Shown piece by piece: positions 1 to 13,166 of a DNA stretch of 64,000 nucleotides. Numbering within the stretch: the stretch's first letter is position 1; each line of letters starts with the position of its first letter. The notes beneath the pieces were generated by a model. It was not told the DNA's origin. It saw only the letters and a list, made by a program, of their open reading frames with translations, and did not search any database. The position numbers were made by a program, and so were the translations under genes. Source of the stretch: Eledone cirrhosa (Eukaryota); NCBI GenBank assembly GCA_964016885.1, contig OZ024756.1:21390001-21454000 (forward strand). Direction: 5' to 3'.

Positions 1-584
1 ACGAAATATATATATATATATATATATATATACGTAAATAAGACCGTTATTGCTCCAATCAGTCCACAAATACTCAGCAAATACTCTAAAGAGAATGTCA
101 ACAACCTGTACCCATGACTCCTACCAAACCAAACCATACACGCCCTCCAAATTCGGCAAATCAAACTATGACCACCCATTAAACTGCGCTTACACAACCA
201 GACCGCAAAAGCCACCTAATGGGGGGAAGACTGACGTTATCAAGCTACAGCTCTCATGTTACATAGTTTCTATATAATAAAGCCAAATATATTATATATT
301 CTCTTTTCTTTCATTTCAGACGGATGGACGAAGTGGAGATATTGAATCAGACTTTTTACATGATTGAGTTGAAAAGTGGGACCAATTATTTGTATTCCCA
401 ATAAGGACCACATTCGAATCCCGTACACCAACGATACCTTAATTTGAAAAGGAGAACTGGTCAACATCATCGGATGTTTCAGAGGCCGAAGGTTTTATTT
501 CAAAGGTTATGTGACAACAACTGGGGGGGGGGGGGGGCTTTCACTCTCAGGTGAAAAAAAAAAAAGAGAGTACTATTTGAATGG

Positions 585-660
585 CCGGTGACTCTGCCGA
601 ATTTAGCCGCCTTTTGCCGGGTCTTGTATTTCATCCCGCAGGGTGTCCAAATATCACACA
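585..660 (-). mobile_element. Fragment of the non-coding repeat family present twice at 55.7-57.1 kb
   Basis: The reverse complement (GTGTGATATTTGGACACCCTGCGGGA...GAGTCACCGGCCATTCAAA) matches TTTTGGACACCCTGCAGGA...GAGTCAACGGCCATCCAAAA at 55722-55799. Confidence 0.6.
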
Positions 661-663
661 CAT

Positions 664-707
<44 letters not shown>

Positions 708-1245
708 GTGTGTATGTATATATTCATGTATATATATATATTTCCTTAATTGTCGCCTTCATTCTAATTATTATCCATATATTGTTATATACATTTATAT
801 ATGTTTTTACCTGACAACAAGATTTCATTGAAGACAGATAAAGATCTTTTCAAGCAAAACAGAAAAAAACAATATTCGAGACTTAGAAATGACAAGGAGC
901 TGAGTCCAAAACAATCTTTATTCAATTCAAAAGACGACATTGGCCAAATTTAATGCCACATCATTGTTTTTACTTTCTAAGCAATCTTATGTGACCAGAT
1001 ATAGAATTGCAGCGATCTCGATGCTGCAATTGACATCTAATTATCGATTACACTACTTGAGATTGGCTTGCACGTACAACAAGACAATTAACTCTATTGA
1101 GTGTTATTATCGAAATAAATAAATGAAAAAAAAAAAAAAAATTAAATATGTATATCACAATGAGAAACAAATAAAAAAAAATTGTATCTGCACTGTACGC
1201 ACCGTGAAACACCCACACATATACATGCATGTACCAATCTATCGA

Positions 1246-1290
<45 letters not shown>

Positions 1291-1293
<3 letters not shown>

Positions 1294-1460
1294 TTTTGCT
1301 TGAAGCATTGTTGAATAGAAAACACAAATTTAAATAATTTTGAAAACCAAACAATGCATTAGAAAGAATATTAAATCGCTAAGATAACAAAAGAATCTTG
1401 CCTTAGCAAATTTAATGATCCCAAATATTTTCGGGTTTAAAAACCCATTATCAAGAGAGT
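1291..1460 (-). mobile_element. PLE-like 3' end abutting (TA)n, with a degenerate hammerhead at 1419-1458
   Basis: Minus strand reads TCTC-TTGATAA-TGGGTTT/AAACCC-GAAA-ATAT-TT-GGGA. The terminal motif TTTGCTTGAAGCATTGT...ACAATGCA is shared with 6160 and 48500. Confidence 0.5.
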
Positions 1461-1882
1461 AACCCTATGAGAGACTTAAAAAAAATCGATCGGCGTTGAC
1501 TTGCTTGTTTGGAGAGCAGATTTAAGTTAAGTGAGTAATTTCTCTGAAAAACAGTTCTGATTATCCAGAAAATGTATTTCTGGTTCTTATCCTATTCCAG
1601 TTATTTGGGCACTTGTTATATATGCATGAGTTTAAAGAAAAATTGTTAATTTATGTTAATTTATAACACAATTCTCTATCTGGTATACCGTACGGAACGG
1701 ATGACAAAAAACAAAAAAAAAGGAAATATAAATCCTTAATTTTTAATGGATTCGAACCTTCAACTCATGTTTTACATCCTCGTATCTAATAGAAAATACC
1801 GTAGAGAACGAAGAAGAAAAAAAAAACACTGAAAACTTGTGTCGTAGTTTATCAAGAAGACATTTTCTGATTGGATTAATAT

Positions 1883-2065
1883 AATTGTTTCTACTTTTGG
1901 CACAAGACCAGCAATTATCCCAGTGCATAATTTGTACTTTATTTTATCGACCCCGTAAGGATGAAAGGCAAAGTTAACCTCGGCGGGATTTGAACCCAGA
2001 TCATAAAGGGCCGTAACTCTATGCTGGAAAACATGTCCTACGCTCTACCGATACTGCCAATTCAC
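1883..2065 (-). mobile_element. tRNA-derived SINE (family A)
   Basis: Pol III A box (TGGCAGTATCGG) and B box (GTTCAAATCCC), body GCCTTTCATCCTTACGGGGTCGATAAAATAAAGTAC. More than 15 copies in the window. Confidence 0.85.
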
Positions 2066-2349
2066 TTACTATACTGATGTGTAATCCGTCCATTGGTCAC
2101 GTCTCTTCTAGCAACATTTAATACTAAATTTTACAATGTTAGAAATGTCAGCATTTCTTGTTCCACATCGAATGTATTCCAAAACAGACTCAAAGTTATC
2201 ATGTTGTTGTAGCGGGAATGAGGGGCTGGGGTGGTACAGTCGATTAATTCCATTCCTTCGTGCTTCACTTTCTTCTTTTGCGTTTTCCTTTTTAACAGGT
2301 TTCGCTCTACAGAAAGAGTTATGTGTATATTTCTTCTCTTAGTCCCATA

Positions 2350-2655
2350 ACTTCCGACGGAATCGGATGGGCGTTCCTTGGACATGTTAAACCTGGCGGA
2401 GCCCATCTCTTTCTCCAGATCTGAGTACAACAGATTTCTTCCAGAGAAGAATAGAAAGTGACAGAGAGGATTGGAGAAAGAGACGTAGAGGAAGAATCGC
2501 TCACCATTCTAGACTGATACATTTTTTTATCGGCCCTGAAAAGATGAAAGGCAAAGTTGACCTTGGTGGGATTTGAACTGAGAGAGCAGCGAGCCGGAAC
2601 GAATACTGCAACGCATTCTATTCGACGTTATAATGACTCTGCCAACTTCACCGTT
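2350..2655 (-). mobile_element. tRNA-derived SINE (family B, longer 3' region)
   Basis: Same head and central domain as family A but a different tail; homologous to 32011-32345, 42030-42362 and 48060-48395. Confidence 0.7.
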
Positions 2656-3713
2656 TTCTGTATATACTCCAACTGGTATGTTACTTCACCTGTCAGTAGA
2701 ATTCCATGGTTGGACAGAGAACTACAGTTGACTAAATTGACCTCAATTATCGTTTCCAGAAGAATGAAAAAAAAAAAAAAAAAAAATTGCCCGGCCAAAT
2801 TTGAACTCTAAATGTAAAAGAGCCGATAGAAACACTACAACGCATATTTTTCAACGCTGGAACGAATCTACGAAACGACAGCTCTAATACTCAGTGATAA
2901 GAGTTTCTAATAAAAGAATAAAGCCACACATTTGGAAGGAAGGTTACTATTGATTACACTTATTCCCAGAACTTGATTATTCTCTGTTTGATCGAGCTCG
3001 GAAGGATTAATAAAGCACAGTCGGCTCCAGCGAGACTTGAACTCAAAAGGTAAGTAAATACTTTACTGTTTCTGATATCTTAGAGCATTAAGACCTGCTA
3101 TCAGGGATTAGCAATGTATTTCGCTTGAACTTCATATCCAACCTTTTTTCTTACGCTCCTATTCGTTCTCTAGAGGATGTTTCATCCTTGTATTCTTTTA
3201 TCTTACCAAACAAAATAAAATCTTTGATCTCCTTCCTACACGTTCATTTTATGATATATTGCATGCGTTATCTGACTTCCTAGCAGTGCAGTGGATTAGC
3301 AGAATAGTTAGGGCGTTGGACAAAACGTTTTTGGGTATTTTTTCTGATTCTTTGCGTTCTAAGTACAAATCTCGCCAAGGTCAACGTTTCTCTTCATCCT
3401 TGTGAGATCGATAAAATAAAATACCCAGCTAGGACCTCACTAAAATATGTAGCTTTGTACATATATTACAAATGAATTAGTTAATTCAATGTGTCTTTAA
3501 TTACAGCGTGTTTAGGGAAAGACTTTCCCCCCAAATCATTTCACAAGTGGTAGTTATTTTCTATCTCAAGCAGTTTTAAATTATTATTCCTCTTTCTAAA
3601 AGTACCGGTCAAATCCTGGAGTTAATTTAATCAACTTAGATCCCCCTCCCCACACAAAACAAATTGCTGACCTGGTACTTAAATTAGAAGTCATTAATTC
3701 TAGTTCTACTTAG

Positions 3714-4098
3714 GGCGGTGGACTGGAAGTGTCGGTAGAGGGTTGGACATCATGCTTCGTAGCATAGAGTTACGGCCCTTTTAATGTCTCAGTTCAAATC
3801 CCAGTCACGCACTGGAGTCGCTTTAATCGACTTTCCCCTCCCCACAAATTACTGGCCTTGTGCCTATACTAAAAATCATTATTTCTAGTTCTATTGGGTG
3901 GTGGATTGGCAGTATCGGGAGACGGTCGGGCGCCATGCTTTGCAGCATAGAGTTACGGCCCTTTGGGTACTGAGTTCAAATCCCGCCGAGGTTAACTTTG
4001 CCTTTTATCCTTACGGGGTCGATAAAATAAAATACCAGTAATACACTGGAATAATTACTGGCCTTGTGCCAAATGTAGAAACAATTATTTCTAGTTCT
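3714..4098 (+). mobile_element. Two tandem SINE copies (family A-related)
   Basis: Heads near 3714 and 3897; B box GTTCAAATCCC; both end ...ATTATTTCTAGTTCTA. Confidence 0.75.
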
Positions 4099-4434
4099 AT
4101 AGAATGACAGGTAGAGTTGCACGTGAGAAAATATGGAAAAAGGCAGGGATACCCCAGCACAAGCCAATTAGAGACCTTTTTAAAGGGTTGTGAAAATGAT
4201 GAAATATTATACAGTAGCATTACCGACTTGGAAAATATTTTTGGAAACTCAACTGGGTAATCCGCCGTCATTTCCTGTAACCCAAGCGTTATTAGACTTA
4301 TCTCACTTTGTGAGAAACAATATATAAATACACAGTATAACAGTAGAGGGTAATTTGTGATAAACTTGACAACTATTTTCAGCCACTACTTCTCTGAATT
4401 GAGAGATCATAGCTCCGATACTACAGACACGTGA

Positions 4435-4650
4435 TTAGAATATCCCAGGAAAGAATCGTTGGACAGATTTTACGGGCAAAACCAACCGACAGAAGACCCA
4501 GGGGTAAACCCCAAGCAAGATGGTTGCATATCATTCGTTAGTTCGGCTGGTCTCGCTTGGGGATTCAGCCGGATCAATTAGAGACAGTTGTTTCTGATAA
4601 TCCCCGCTAGGAGTGTTTGAGGTCTCCACTCCCCATGATCCGCTCACGAA
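4435..4650 (+). mobile_element. RTE-clade LINE 3' relic
   Basis: Homologous to 16914-17130; encodes the RPRGKPQARW-type C-terminal motif. Confidence 0.6.
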
Positions 4651-5101
4651 GAAAAAAAAGAGAGAACTATTTTCAGTAGTGTAGGCGCCTGTATGGTTTT
4701 CTTAAATCTCCAATGTATCCCACAGCAAGTAAGATTTAGAACCACTGATCTAATGTTATTAAACTTACGATATGTAACATAACTAGAAATTCAAACATGT
4801 CGAGTGAGGCTCAAATCATCGGTTATTACAACGCGGTTCTTGGCTGGTAACTTATGCGACTGCATGGAAATTGGAAAATAATATACGATAAAAATATAAA
4901 AAAAACTTTTAGTTGAATACAGTTTTCATCCGATCACCGAAGTAAAGAAAAGTCAAGTATGTTTAATACTTAGATAGATGAACACTTGCGAAGTACAAGT
5001 GTTGTGGATATCTTTCATTTCCAGACAGCGTACAAGCATGGATAGAGTCTAATGACAAAACGCGCGCGCACACACGCACACATTCACACATTTGTGTTAG
5101 T

Positions 5102-5280
5102 GTTTCTACAATAGGCACAAGGCCAGCAATTTGAAGCGGAGGGGGGAAAGTCGATTAAATCTACCCCAGTGCATTGCTAGTGCTTTCTTTATCAACCCCG
5201 TAAGGATGAAAGTCAAAGCAAGCAAACCTCGGCGGGATTTGAACTCAGAACGTAAAGGACCGTAACTCTATGCCACGAAG
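5102..5280 (-). mobile_element. tRNA-derived SINE, 5'-truncated
   Basis: GGCACAAGGCCAGCAAT...CCTCGGCGGGATTTGAACTCAG. Confidence 0.75.
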
Positions 5281-6011
5281 CCAACCCACCACCCTGTATT
5301 TGTGTACAATTAGAATATATTTCCTGTAGCCTTAAATTATATAGGGTGCCCCCAAAAAATTATACACACTTTTATTAGAATGTTGTTGAAGTGTATATAC
5401 ATTTTCCTGGTACATCTTGTATATTTAAATAAAACCTGCTGTGGACTTTGAAATCTCTTGTGACACAGCAGTGATATAAGAATAACTCCACTAGACTAAT
5501 ACTGAATAAACAGAAAACTGAAACAAATCAAACAAAACTCAAGATGGCTGACTTGAAAGTCCTTGATATTTGTAAAATAGATTGTTTACTTCTTAAAGAG
5601 CCTGTAGGAAGATATTGTAGATATGAAATACCAAAGCCGTTTGACACATACAAAAATTCAGATAGAACAATTATAACGGAGATGTATGAGGTTAGTTATT
5701 TTGTAGCCCCAGGTCGAGTCTGAATGAGATGACCAATGATAAGAATTGTTCTAGAAATATGACTCGTTACTCGTATTTATGTATATGTACGGCAATATTA
5801 CATTGAAAGTACACATTGTAAATCCCTTCAAAGAGAGTCTGGACGTGATTTGAGGGTTTTAAGCTGCTATGTTCAACAAGTCGAGTGCTTCTTGGATGCA
5901 TGTTGGTATATTATTGTCAGTTACGTAAGCACATACACACACATATGCACACACATATGCACACAGATATGCACACATATATGCACACACATATACACAC
6001 ACATACACATA

Positions 6012-6130
6012 CAGGGCGGGTAAAATTCCCGAGATCCATGGACGAGTTCTCTCCAGCGGTCTCTGTCCCTTCTCATCGCTGCCATGTCCTGCTGCTCCAA
6101 GAGACCAGTGTCTGTCCTTAGAGCATCAAT
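6012..6130 (-). mobile_element. RTE-like LINE 3' end fragment
   Basis: Encodes DALRTDTGLLEQQDMAAMRRDRDRWRELVHGSREFYPP; near-identical to the copies at 18547 and 39160. Confidence 0.85.
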
Positions 6131-6146
6131 ATATATATATATATAT

Positions 6147-6626
6147 GAGGGTGTTAAAGTTTGCTTGAAGCATTGTGAAATGTGTAAAATATGTAGTTTA
6201 GAAAGCCACAACAATGCAGATGGGAAATCTCGAGGTAAGAAGTGAGTGAGAAATAGGAGAAAAGTGAAAATTGAGAGAAACGAAAATGAAAACAAAACAA
6301 AGGTAGAAAAGTTACCGTAGTGGAGATTTAATCCCAATATTTCGGGCTCACGCCTATCAACGGGGGAAAGTTCCAAAAGGGGGGGAACAGGCTAAGCCGG
6401 AGAAAGTTGTATTGTCGTTACAACTTTCTCCGGCTTAGCCTGTTCCCCCCCTTTTGGAACTTTCCCCTGTTGATGGGCGTGAGCCCGAAATATTGGGATT
6501 AAATCTCCACTACGGTAACTCTTCTACCTTTGTTTTGTTTTCATTTTCGTTTCTCTCAATTTTCACTTTTCTCCTATTTCTCACTTCGAGATTTCCCATC
6601 TGCATTGTTGTGGCTTTCTAAACTAC

Positions 6627-6631
<5 letters not shown>
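6147..6631. mobile_element. Palindromic element in (TA)n (arms ~6188-6411 and 6419-6631), PLE pseudo-LTR-like
   Basis: Arms of ~220 bp are near-perfect reverse complements with a 7-nt loop; (TA)n on both sides; the left arm has an extra ~40-nt tail. Confidence 0.75.
6463..6498 (+). ncRNA. Variant minimal hammerhead-like motif (core CUGUUGA)
   Basis: TCCC-CTGTTGA-TGGGC(GTGA)GCCC-GAAA-TATT-GGGA; the core is non-canonical. Confidence 0.5.
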
Positions 6632-6681
<50 letters not shown>

Positions 6682-7040
6682 AAGAGACACGCTCTAAGAA
6701 GTTGATCATCTTGATGTGATTTGAATTTAGAATGAACATATTTCAAACTAATATACAGTGTGATGCAAATATTCCCATTTTTCGACTTGCCTAACTGTCT
6801 GGATTTATTTATTGACTGACCTGTCTGAATATATTTTTAATTAGTTGTCAAATCGTTAAAGCTGGTAGGAAAGGAATAGAATAGACAAATGAAAAATATT
6901 TCATAAAGAAATAAAATAGAAATCATCATCTGGAATCTTTGTGTAAATATCACAATTATCTTGAGGCTAATGCGTAACATTTGCATCGCAATATTGGTGT
7001 CCTTGAGACTCCAATATTGAGATGCAAAGCAAAATATTGT

Positions 7041-10000
7041 TTCTAACATAGACCAAAGTCTTGAAATGTGAAGGATAGAGAGAACCTCTGGATTAAATAA
7101 TCCTTCAATTTTTCTAACATAGACCAAAGTCTTGAAATGTGAAGGATAGAGAGAACCTCTGGATTAAATAATCCTTCAATTTTTCTAACATAGACCAAAG
7201 GCTTGAAATGTGAAGGATAGAGAGAACCTCTGGATTAGTTAATCCTTCAATTTTTCTAACATAGACCAAAGGCTTGAAATGTGAAGGATAGAGAGAACCT
7301 CTGGATTAGTTAATCCTTCAATTTTTCTAACATAGACCAAAGGCTTGAAATGTGAAGGATAGAGAGAACCTCTGGATTAGTTAATCCTTCAATTTTTCTA
7401 ACATAGACCAAAGGCTTGAAATGTGAAGGATAGAGAGAACCTCTGGATTAGTTAATCCTTCAATTTTTCTAACATAGACCAAAGGCTTGAAATGTGAAGG
7501 ATAGAGAGAACCTCTGGATTAGTTAATCCTTCAATTTTTCTAACATAGACCAAAGGCTTGAAATGTGAAGGATAGAGAGAACCTCTGGATTAGTTAATCC
7601 TTCAATTTTTCTAACATAGACCAAAGGCTTGAAATGTGAAGGATAGAGAGAACCTCTGGATTAGTTAATCCTTCAATTTTTCTAACATAGACCAAAGGCT
7701 TGAAATGTGAAGGATAGAGAGAACCTCTGGATTAGTTAATCCTTCAATTTTTCTAACATAGACCAAAGACTTGAAATGTGAAGGATAGAGAGAACCGCTG
7801 GATTAGATAAACCCTCAAATTTTGTTACATAGTCCAAAGGCTTGAAATGTGAAGGATAGAGAGAACCTCTGGATTAGATAAACCCTCAAATTTTGTTACA
7901 TAGTCCAAAGGCTTGAAATGTGAAGGATAGAGAGAACCTCTGGATTAGATAAACCCTCAAATTTTGTTACATAGTCCAAAGGCTTGAAATGTGAAGGATA
8001 GACAGAACCTCTGGATTAGATAAACCCTCAAATTTTGTTACACAGTCCAAAGGCTTGAAATGTGAAGGATAGAGAGAACCTCTGGATTAGATAAACCCTC
8101 AAATTTTGTTACATAGTCCAAAGGCTTGAAATGTGAAGGATAGACAGAACCTCTGGATTAGATAAACCCTCAAATTTTGTTACATAGTCCAAAGGCTTGA
8201 AATGTGAAGGATAGACAGAACCTCTGGATTAGATAAACCCTCAAATTTTGTTACACAGTCCAAAGGCTTGAAATGTGAAGGATAGAGAGAACCTCTGGAT
8301 TAGATAAACCCTCAAATTTTGTTACATAGTCCAAAGGCTTGAAATGTGAAGGACAGAGAGAACCTCTGGATTAGGTAAACCCTCAAATTTTGTTACATAG
8401 TCCAAAGGCTTGAAATGTGAAGGACAGAGAGAACCTCTGGATTAGATAAACCCTCAAATTTTGTTACATAGTCCAAAGGCTTGAAATGTGAAGGACAGAG
8501 AGAACCTCTGGATTAGATAAACCCTCAAATTTTGTTACATAGTCCAAAGGCTTGAAATGTGAAGGACAGAGAGAACCTCTGGATTAGATAAACCCTCAAA
8601 TTTTGTTACATAGTCCAAAGGCTTGAAATGTGAAGGACAGAGAGAACCTCTGGATTAGATAAACCCTCAAATTTTGTTACATAGTCCAAAGGCTTGAAAT
8701 GTGAAGGACAGAGAGAACCTCTGGATTAGATAAACCCTCAAATTTTGTTACATAGTCCAAAGGCTTGAAATGTGAAGGACAGAGAGAACCGCTGGATTAG
8801 ATAAACCCTCAAATTTTGTTACATAGTCCAAAGGCTTGAAATGTGAAGGACAGAGAGAACCGCTGGATTAGATAAACCCTCAAATTTTGTTACATAGTCC
8901 AAAGGCTTGAAATGTGAAGGACAGAGAGAACCTCTGGATTAGATAAACCCTCAAATTTTGTTACATAGTCCAAAGGCTTGAAATGTGAAGGATAGAGAGA
9001 ACCGCTGGATTAGATAAACCCTCATATTTTGTTACATAGTCCAAAGACTTGAAATGTGAAGGATAGAGAGAACCTCTGGATTAGATAAACCCTCAAATTT
9101 TGTTACATAGTCCAAAGACTTGAAATGTGAAGGATAGAGAGAACCTCTGGATTAGATAAACCCTCAAATTTTGTTACATAGTCCAAAGGCTTGAAATGTG
9201 AAGGACAGAGAGAACCGCTGGATTAGATAAACCCTCAAATTTTGTTACATAGTCCAAAGGCTTGAAATGTGAAGGACAGAGAAACCTCTGGATTAGATAA
9301 ACCCTCAAATTTTGTTACATAGTCCAAAGGCTTGAAATGTGAAGGACAGAGAAACCTCTGGATTAGATAAACCCTCAAATTTTGTTACATAGTCCAAAGG
9401 CTTGAAATGTGAAGGACAGAGAGAACCTCTGGATTAGATAAACCCTCAAATTTTGTTACATAGTCCAAAGGCTTGAAATGTGAAGGATAGAGAGAACCTC
9501 TGGATTAGATAAACCCTCAAATTTTGTTACATAGTCCAAAGGCTTGAAATGTGAAGGACAGAGAGAACCTCTGGATTAGATAAACCCTCAAATTTTGTTA
9601 CATAGTCCAAAGGCTTGAAATGTGAAGGACAGAGAGAACCTCTGGATTAGATAAACCCTCAAATTTTATTACATAGTCCAAAGGCTTGAAATGTGAAGGA
9701 TAGAGAGAACCTCTGGATTAGATAAACCCTCAAATTTTGTTACATAGTCCAAAGGCTTGAAATGTGAAGGACAGAGAGAACCGCTGGATTAGATAAACCC
9801 TCAAATTTTGTTACATAGTCCAAAAACTTGAAATGTGAAGCATAGAGAGAACCACTGGATTAGATAAACCCTCAAATTTTGTTACATAGTCCAAAGGCTT
9901 GAAATGTGAAGGACAGAGAGAACCGCTGGATTAGATAAACCCTCAAATTTTGTTACATAGTCCAAAGGCTTGAAATGTGAAGGACAGAGAAACCTCTGGA

Positions 10001-10930
10001 TTAGATAAACCCTCAAATTTTGTTACATAGTCCAAAGGCTTGAAATGTGAAGGACAGAGAAACCTCTGGATTAGATAAACCCTCAAATTTTGTTACATAG
10101 TCCAAAGGCTTGAAATGTGAAGGACAGAGAGAACCTCTGGATTAGATAAACCCTCAAATTTTGTTACATAGTCCAAAGGCTTGAAATGTGAAGGACAGAG
10201 AAACCTCTGGATTAGATAAACCCTCAAATTTTGTTACATAGTCCAAAGGCTTGAAATGTGAAGGACAGAGAGAACCGCTGGATTAGATAAACCCTCAAAT
10301 TTTGTTACATAGTCCAAAGGCTTGAAATGTGAAGGATAGAGAGAACCTCTGGATTAGATAAACCCTCAAATTTTGTTACATAGTCCAAAGGCTTGAAATG
10401 TGAAGGACAGAGAGAACCTCTGGATTAGATAAACCCTCAAATTTTGTTACATAGTCCAAAGGCTTGAAATGTGAAGGATAGAGAGAACCTCTGGATTAGA
10501 TAAACCCTCAAATTTTGTTACATAGTCCAAAGGCTTGAAATGTGAAGGACAGAGAGAACCGCTGGATTAGATAAACCCTCAAATTTTGTTACATAGTCCA
10601 AAGACTTGAAATGTGAAGGATAGAGAGAACCTCTGGATTAGATAAACCCTCAAATTTTGTTACATAGTCCAAAGGCTTGAAATGTGAAGGACAGAGAGAA
10701 CCGCTGGATTAGATAAACCCTCAAATTTTGTTACATAGTCCAAAGACTTGAAATGTGAAGGATAGAGAGAACCTCTGGATTAGATAAACCCTCAAATGTT
10801 GTTACATAGTCCAAAGGCTTGAAATGTGAAGGACAGAGAGAACCGCTGGATTAGATAAACCCTCAAATTTTGTTACATAGTCCAAAGGCTTGAAATGTGA
10901 AGGATAGAGAGAACCTCTGGATTAGGTAAA
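7041..10930. repeat. Tandem satellite, 71-bp unit, ~55 copies, two subtypes
   Basis: Unit CATAGTCCAAAGGCTTGAAATGTGAAGGACAGAGAGAACCTCTGGATTAGATAAACCCTCAAATTTTGTTA; the subtype switches near 7806. Confidence 0.97.
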
Positions 10931-10947
10931 ATTCAATTATATACTTA

Positions 10948-11520
10948 TATCTATCTGTCTGCCTGCCTATCTGCCTTCCTATCCATCTGCCTGCCTCTCT
11001 ATCTATCTGCCTGTCTAACCATCTATCTGCCTGCCTATCTATCTGCCTGCCTATCTATCTGCCTGTCTATCTATCTGCCTATCTAGCTATCTGCCTGTCT
11101 ATCTATCTTCCTGTCTATCTATCTGCCTGTCTATCTATCTATCTGCCTATCTATCTATCTGCCTGTCTATCTATCTGCCTGTCTATCTATCTGCCTGTCT
11201 AGCTATCTTCCTGTCTATCTATCTGCCTGTCTATCTATCTGCCTGTCTATCTATCTGCCTATCTAGCTATCTGCCTGTCTATCTATCTTCCTGTCTATCT
11301 ATCTGCCTGTCTATCTATCTATCTGCCTGTCTAGCTATCTTCCTGTCTATCTATCTGCCTGTCTATCTATCTGCCTATCTATCTATCTATCTGCCTGTCT
11401 ATCTATCTGCCTGTCTATCTATCTGCCTGTCTATCCATCTATCTGCCTGTCTAGCTATCTTCCTGTCTATCTATCTGCCTGTCTATCTATCTGTCTGCCG
11501 TTCTATCTGTCTGCCTATCT
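10948..11520. repeat. Compound tetranucleotide microsatellite (CTAT/CTGC/CTGT)
   Basis: Seen directly in the sequence. Confidence 0.95.
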
Positions 11521-11712
11521 GTACTTCTTAATGCCCCTTTGTCTCTCTCTATATTATCATGTGTGTGTGTACGTGCATGCACACACAGACCCTTCCGCAC
11601 ACACACACTCATGCATCCGCCGCGTGCGCACGCATCACTAAAAATAAACAAAGAAATTCTCTGCCGAAACATTCATAACATTTAAACGTTTAAATGCAAC
11701 CGCCATAAGAAG

Positions 11713-12124
11713 TACCACCACAACCACCAACACCACCACTACCACTACCACTACTACTACTACTACTATTACTACTACTACTACTACTACTATTACTACT
11801 ACTACTACTACTACTACTACTATCATCTCTACAATTACAACTACTACCACTTTAACTATTATCACTACTACCACCACAACTAGCAACGAAATGCCAACTC
11901 TTCTTACATCTACAACTACCACCACCACCACCACCACCACCATTACAACCAACCCCACTCTTCACGTTTATAACAACAACAGCCATAACAGGATTATAAT
12001 ATTTTTCTATAAGTAATGTCCTGCATACATCCAATCCTCTTATTATACAACGTGCAGAGCTAACTTCCTTTCACTTGGAGAATTTACCAGTTAATGCTGC
12101 AACAGTGGATCGACTCCCAGTCAA

Positions 12125-12184
<60 letters not shown>

Positions 12185-13050
12185 TAAGGTCTGTTGTTGT
12201 TTATTAACTATTGCTATTAGATTTAGTATTTTTATCCTCTTTGTTGTTGCTGTTGTAATGATTGTTGCTGTTGTTGCTGTTGTTGTTTATGCTGTTGTTG
12301 CTGTTGTAATGATTGTTGCTGTTGTTACTGTTGTTGCTCTTGCTGCTGTTGTTGTTTATGCTGTTGTTGCTGTTGTAATGATTGTTGTTGTTGTTACTGT
12401 TGTTGCCGTTGCTGCTATTGTTGTTTATGCTGTTGTTGCCCTTGTTGTTGCTATTGTAGTGATTGTTGCTGTTGTTGCCCTTGCTGCTGTTGTTGTTTAT
12501 GCTGTTGTTGCCCTTGTTGTTGCTGTTGTTGCTGTTGTTGCCCTTGCTGCTGTTGTTGTTTATGCTGTTGTTGCCCTTGCTGTTGTAGTGATTGTTGCTG
12601 TTGTTACTGTTGTTGCCCTTGCTGCTGTTGTTGTTTATGGTGTTGTTGCTGTTGTAATGATTGTTGTTGTTATTGCTGTTGGTGTTATTTTTGTTGTTGT
12701 TATTTTTGTTGGTGTTGATTTTGTTGGTGTTGATGTTGTTGGTGTTGATGTTATTTTTGTTGGTGTTGTTTTTGTTGGTGCTGTTTGTTGTTGCTGCTGT
12801 TGGTGTTATTTTTGTTGTTTTTGTTGATATTGATGTTCATATTGTTATTGTTGTATATGGCGTTGTTTCCCTTGTGATTGTTGTTGTTACTGCTGTTGTT
12901 GTTGTTGCTGCTGTTGTTGTTGCTTCTGTTGTTTGTATTATTATTGTTGTAATCGTTGTTGTTTTGGTAGTTGTTGATTTGTTGCTGCTGAAAAGATACG
13001 TATTGATTGGTGTTTATGTTGTTGTTGTTATTGTCATGGTTGTTGCTATT
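11713..13050. repeat. Degenerate trinucleotide tracts (ACT/ACC, then GTT/GCT) plus (CT)n
   Basis: Seen directly; these are the source of the poly-V/L ORFs. Confidence 0.9.
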
Positions 13051-13166
13051 GTTCTTTCTTTCTTTCTTTCTTGTAGTTGCTATTGCAGCGATTATTCTTG
13101 CTGTTGTGATTGTTTATCTAGTTGCCTTTTTAGTTGGTGTTTGTGATGTGTATGAAATTTTAATTA

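Noticed and set aside
5340-5424. Degenerate mariner-like MITE (TAGGGTGCCCC.../...ACATCTTGTA)
   Set aside because: The inverted ends are too mismatched to call.
7041-10930. CRISPR-like array
   Set aside because: Units are contiguous near-identical repeats with no unique spacers, there are no cas genes, and the context is eukaryotic.
12075-13146. Hydrophobic poly-V/A/L membrane-protein-like ORFs
   Set aside because: These are translations of GTT/GCT trinucleotide repeats.
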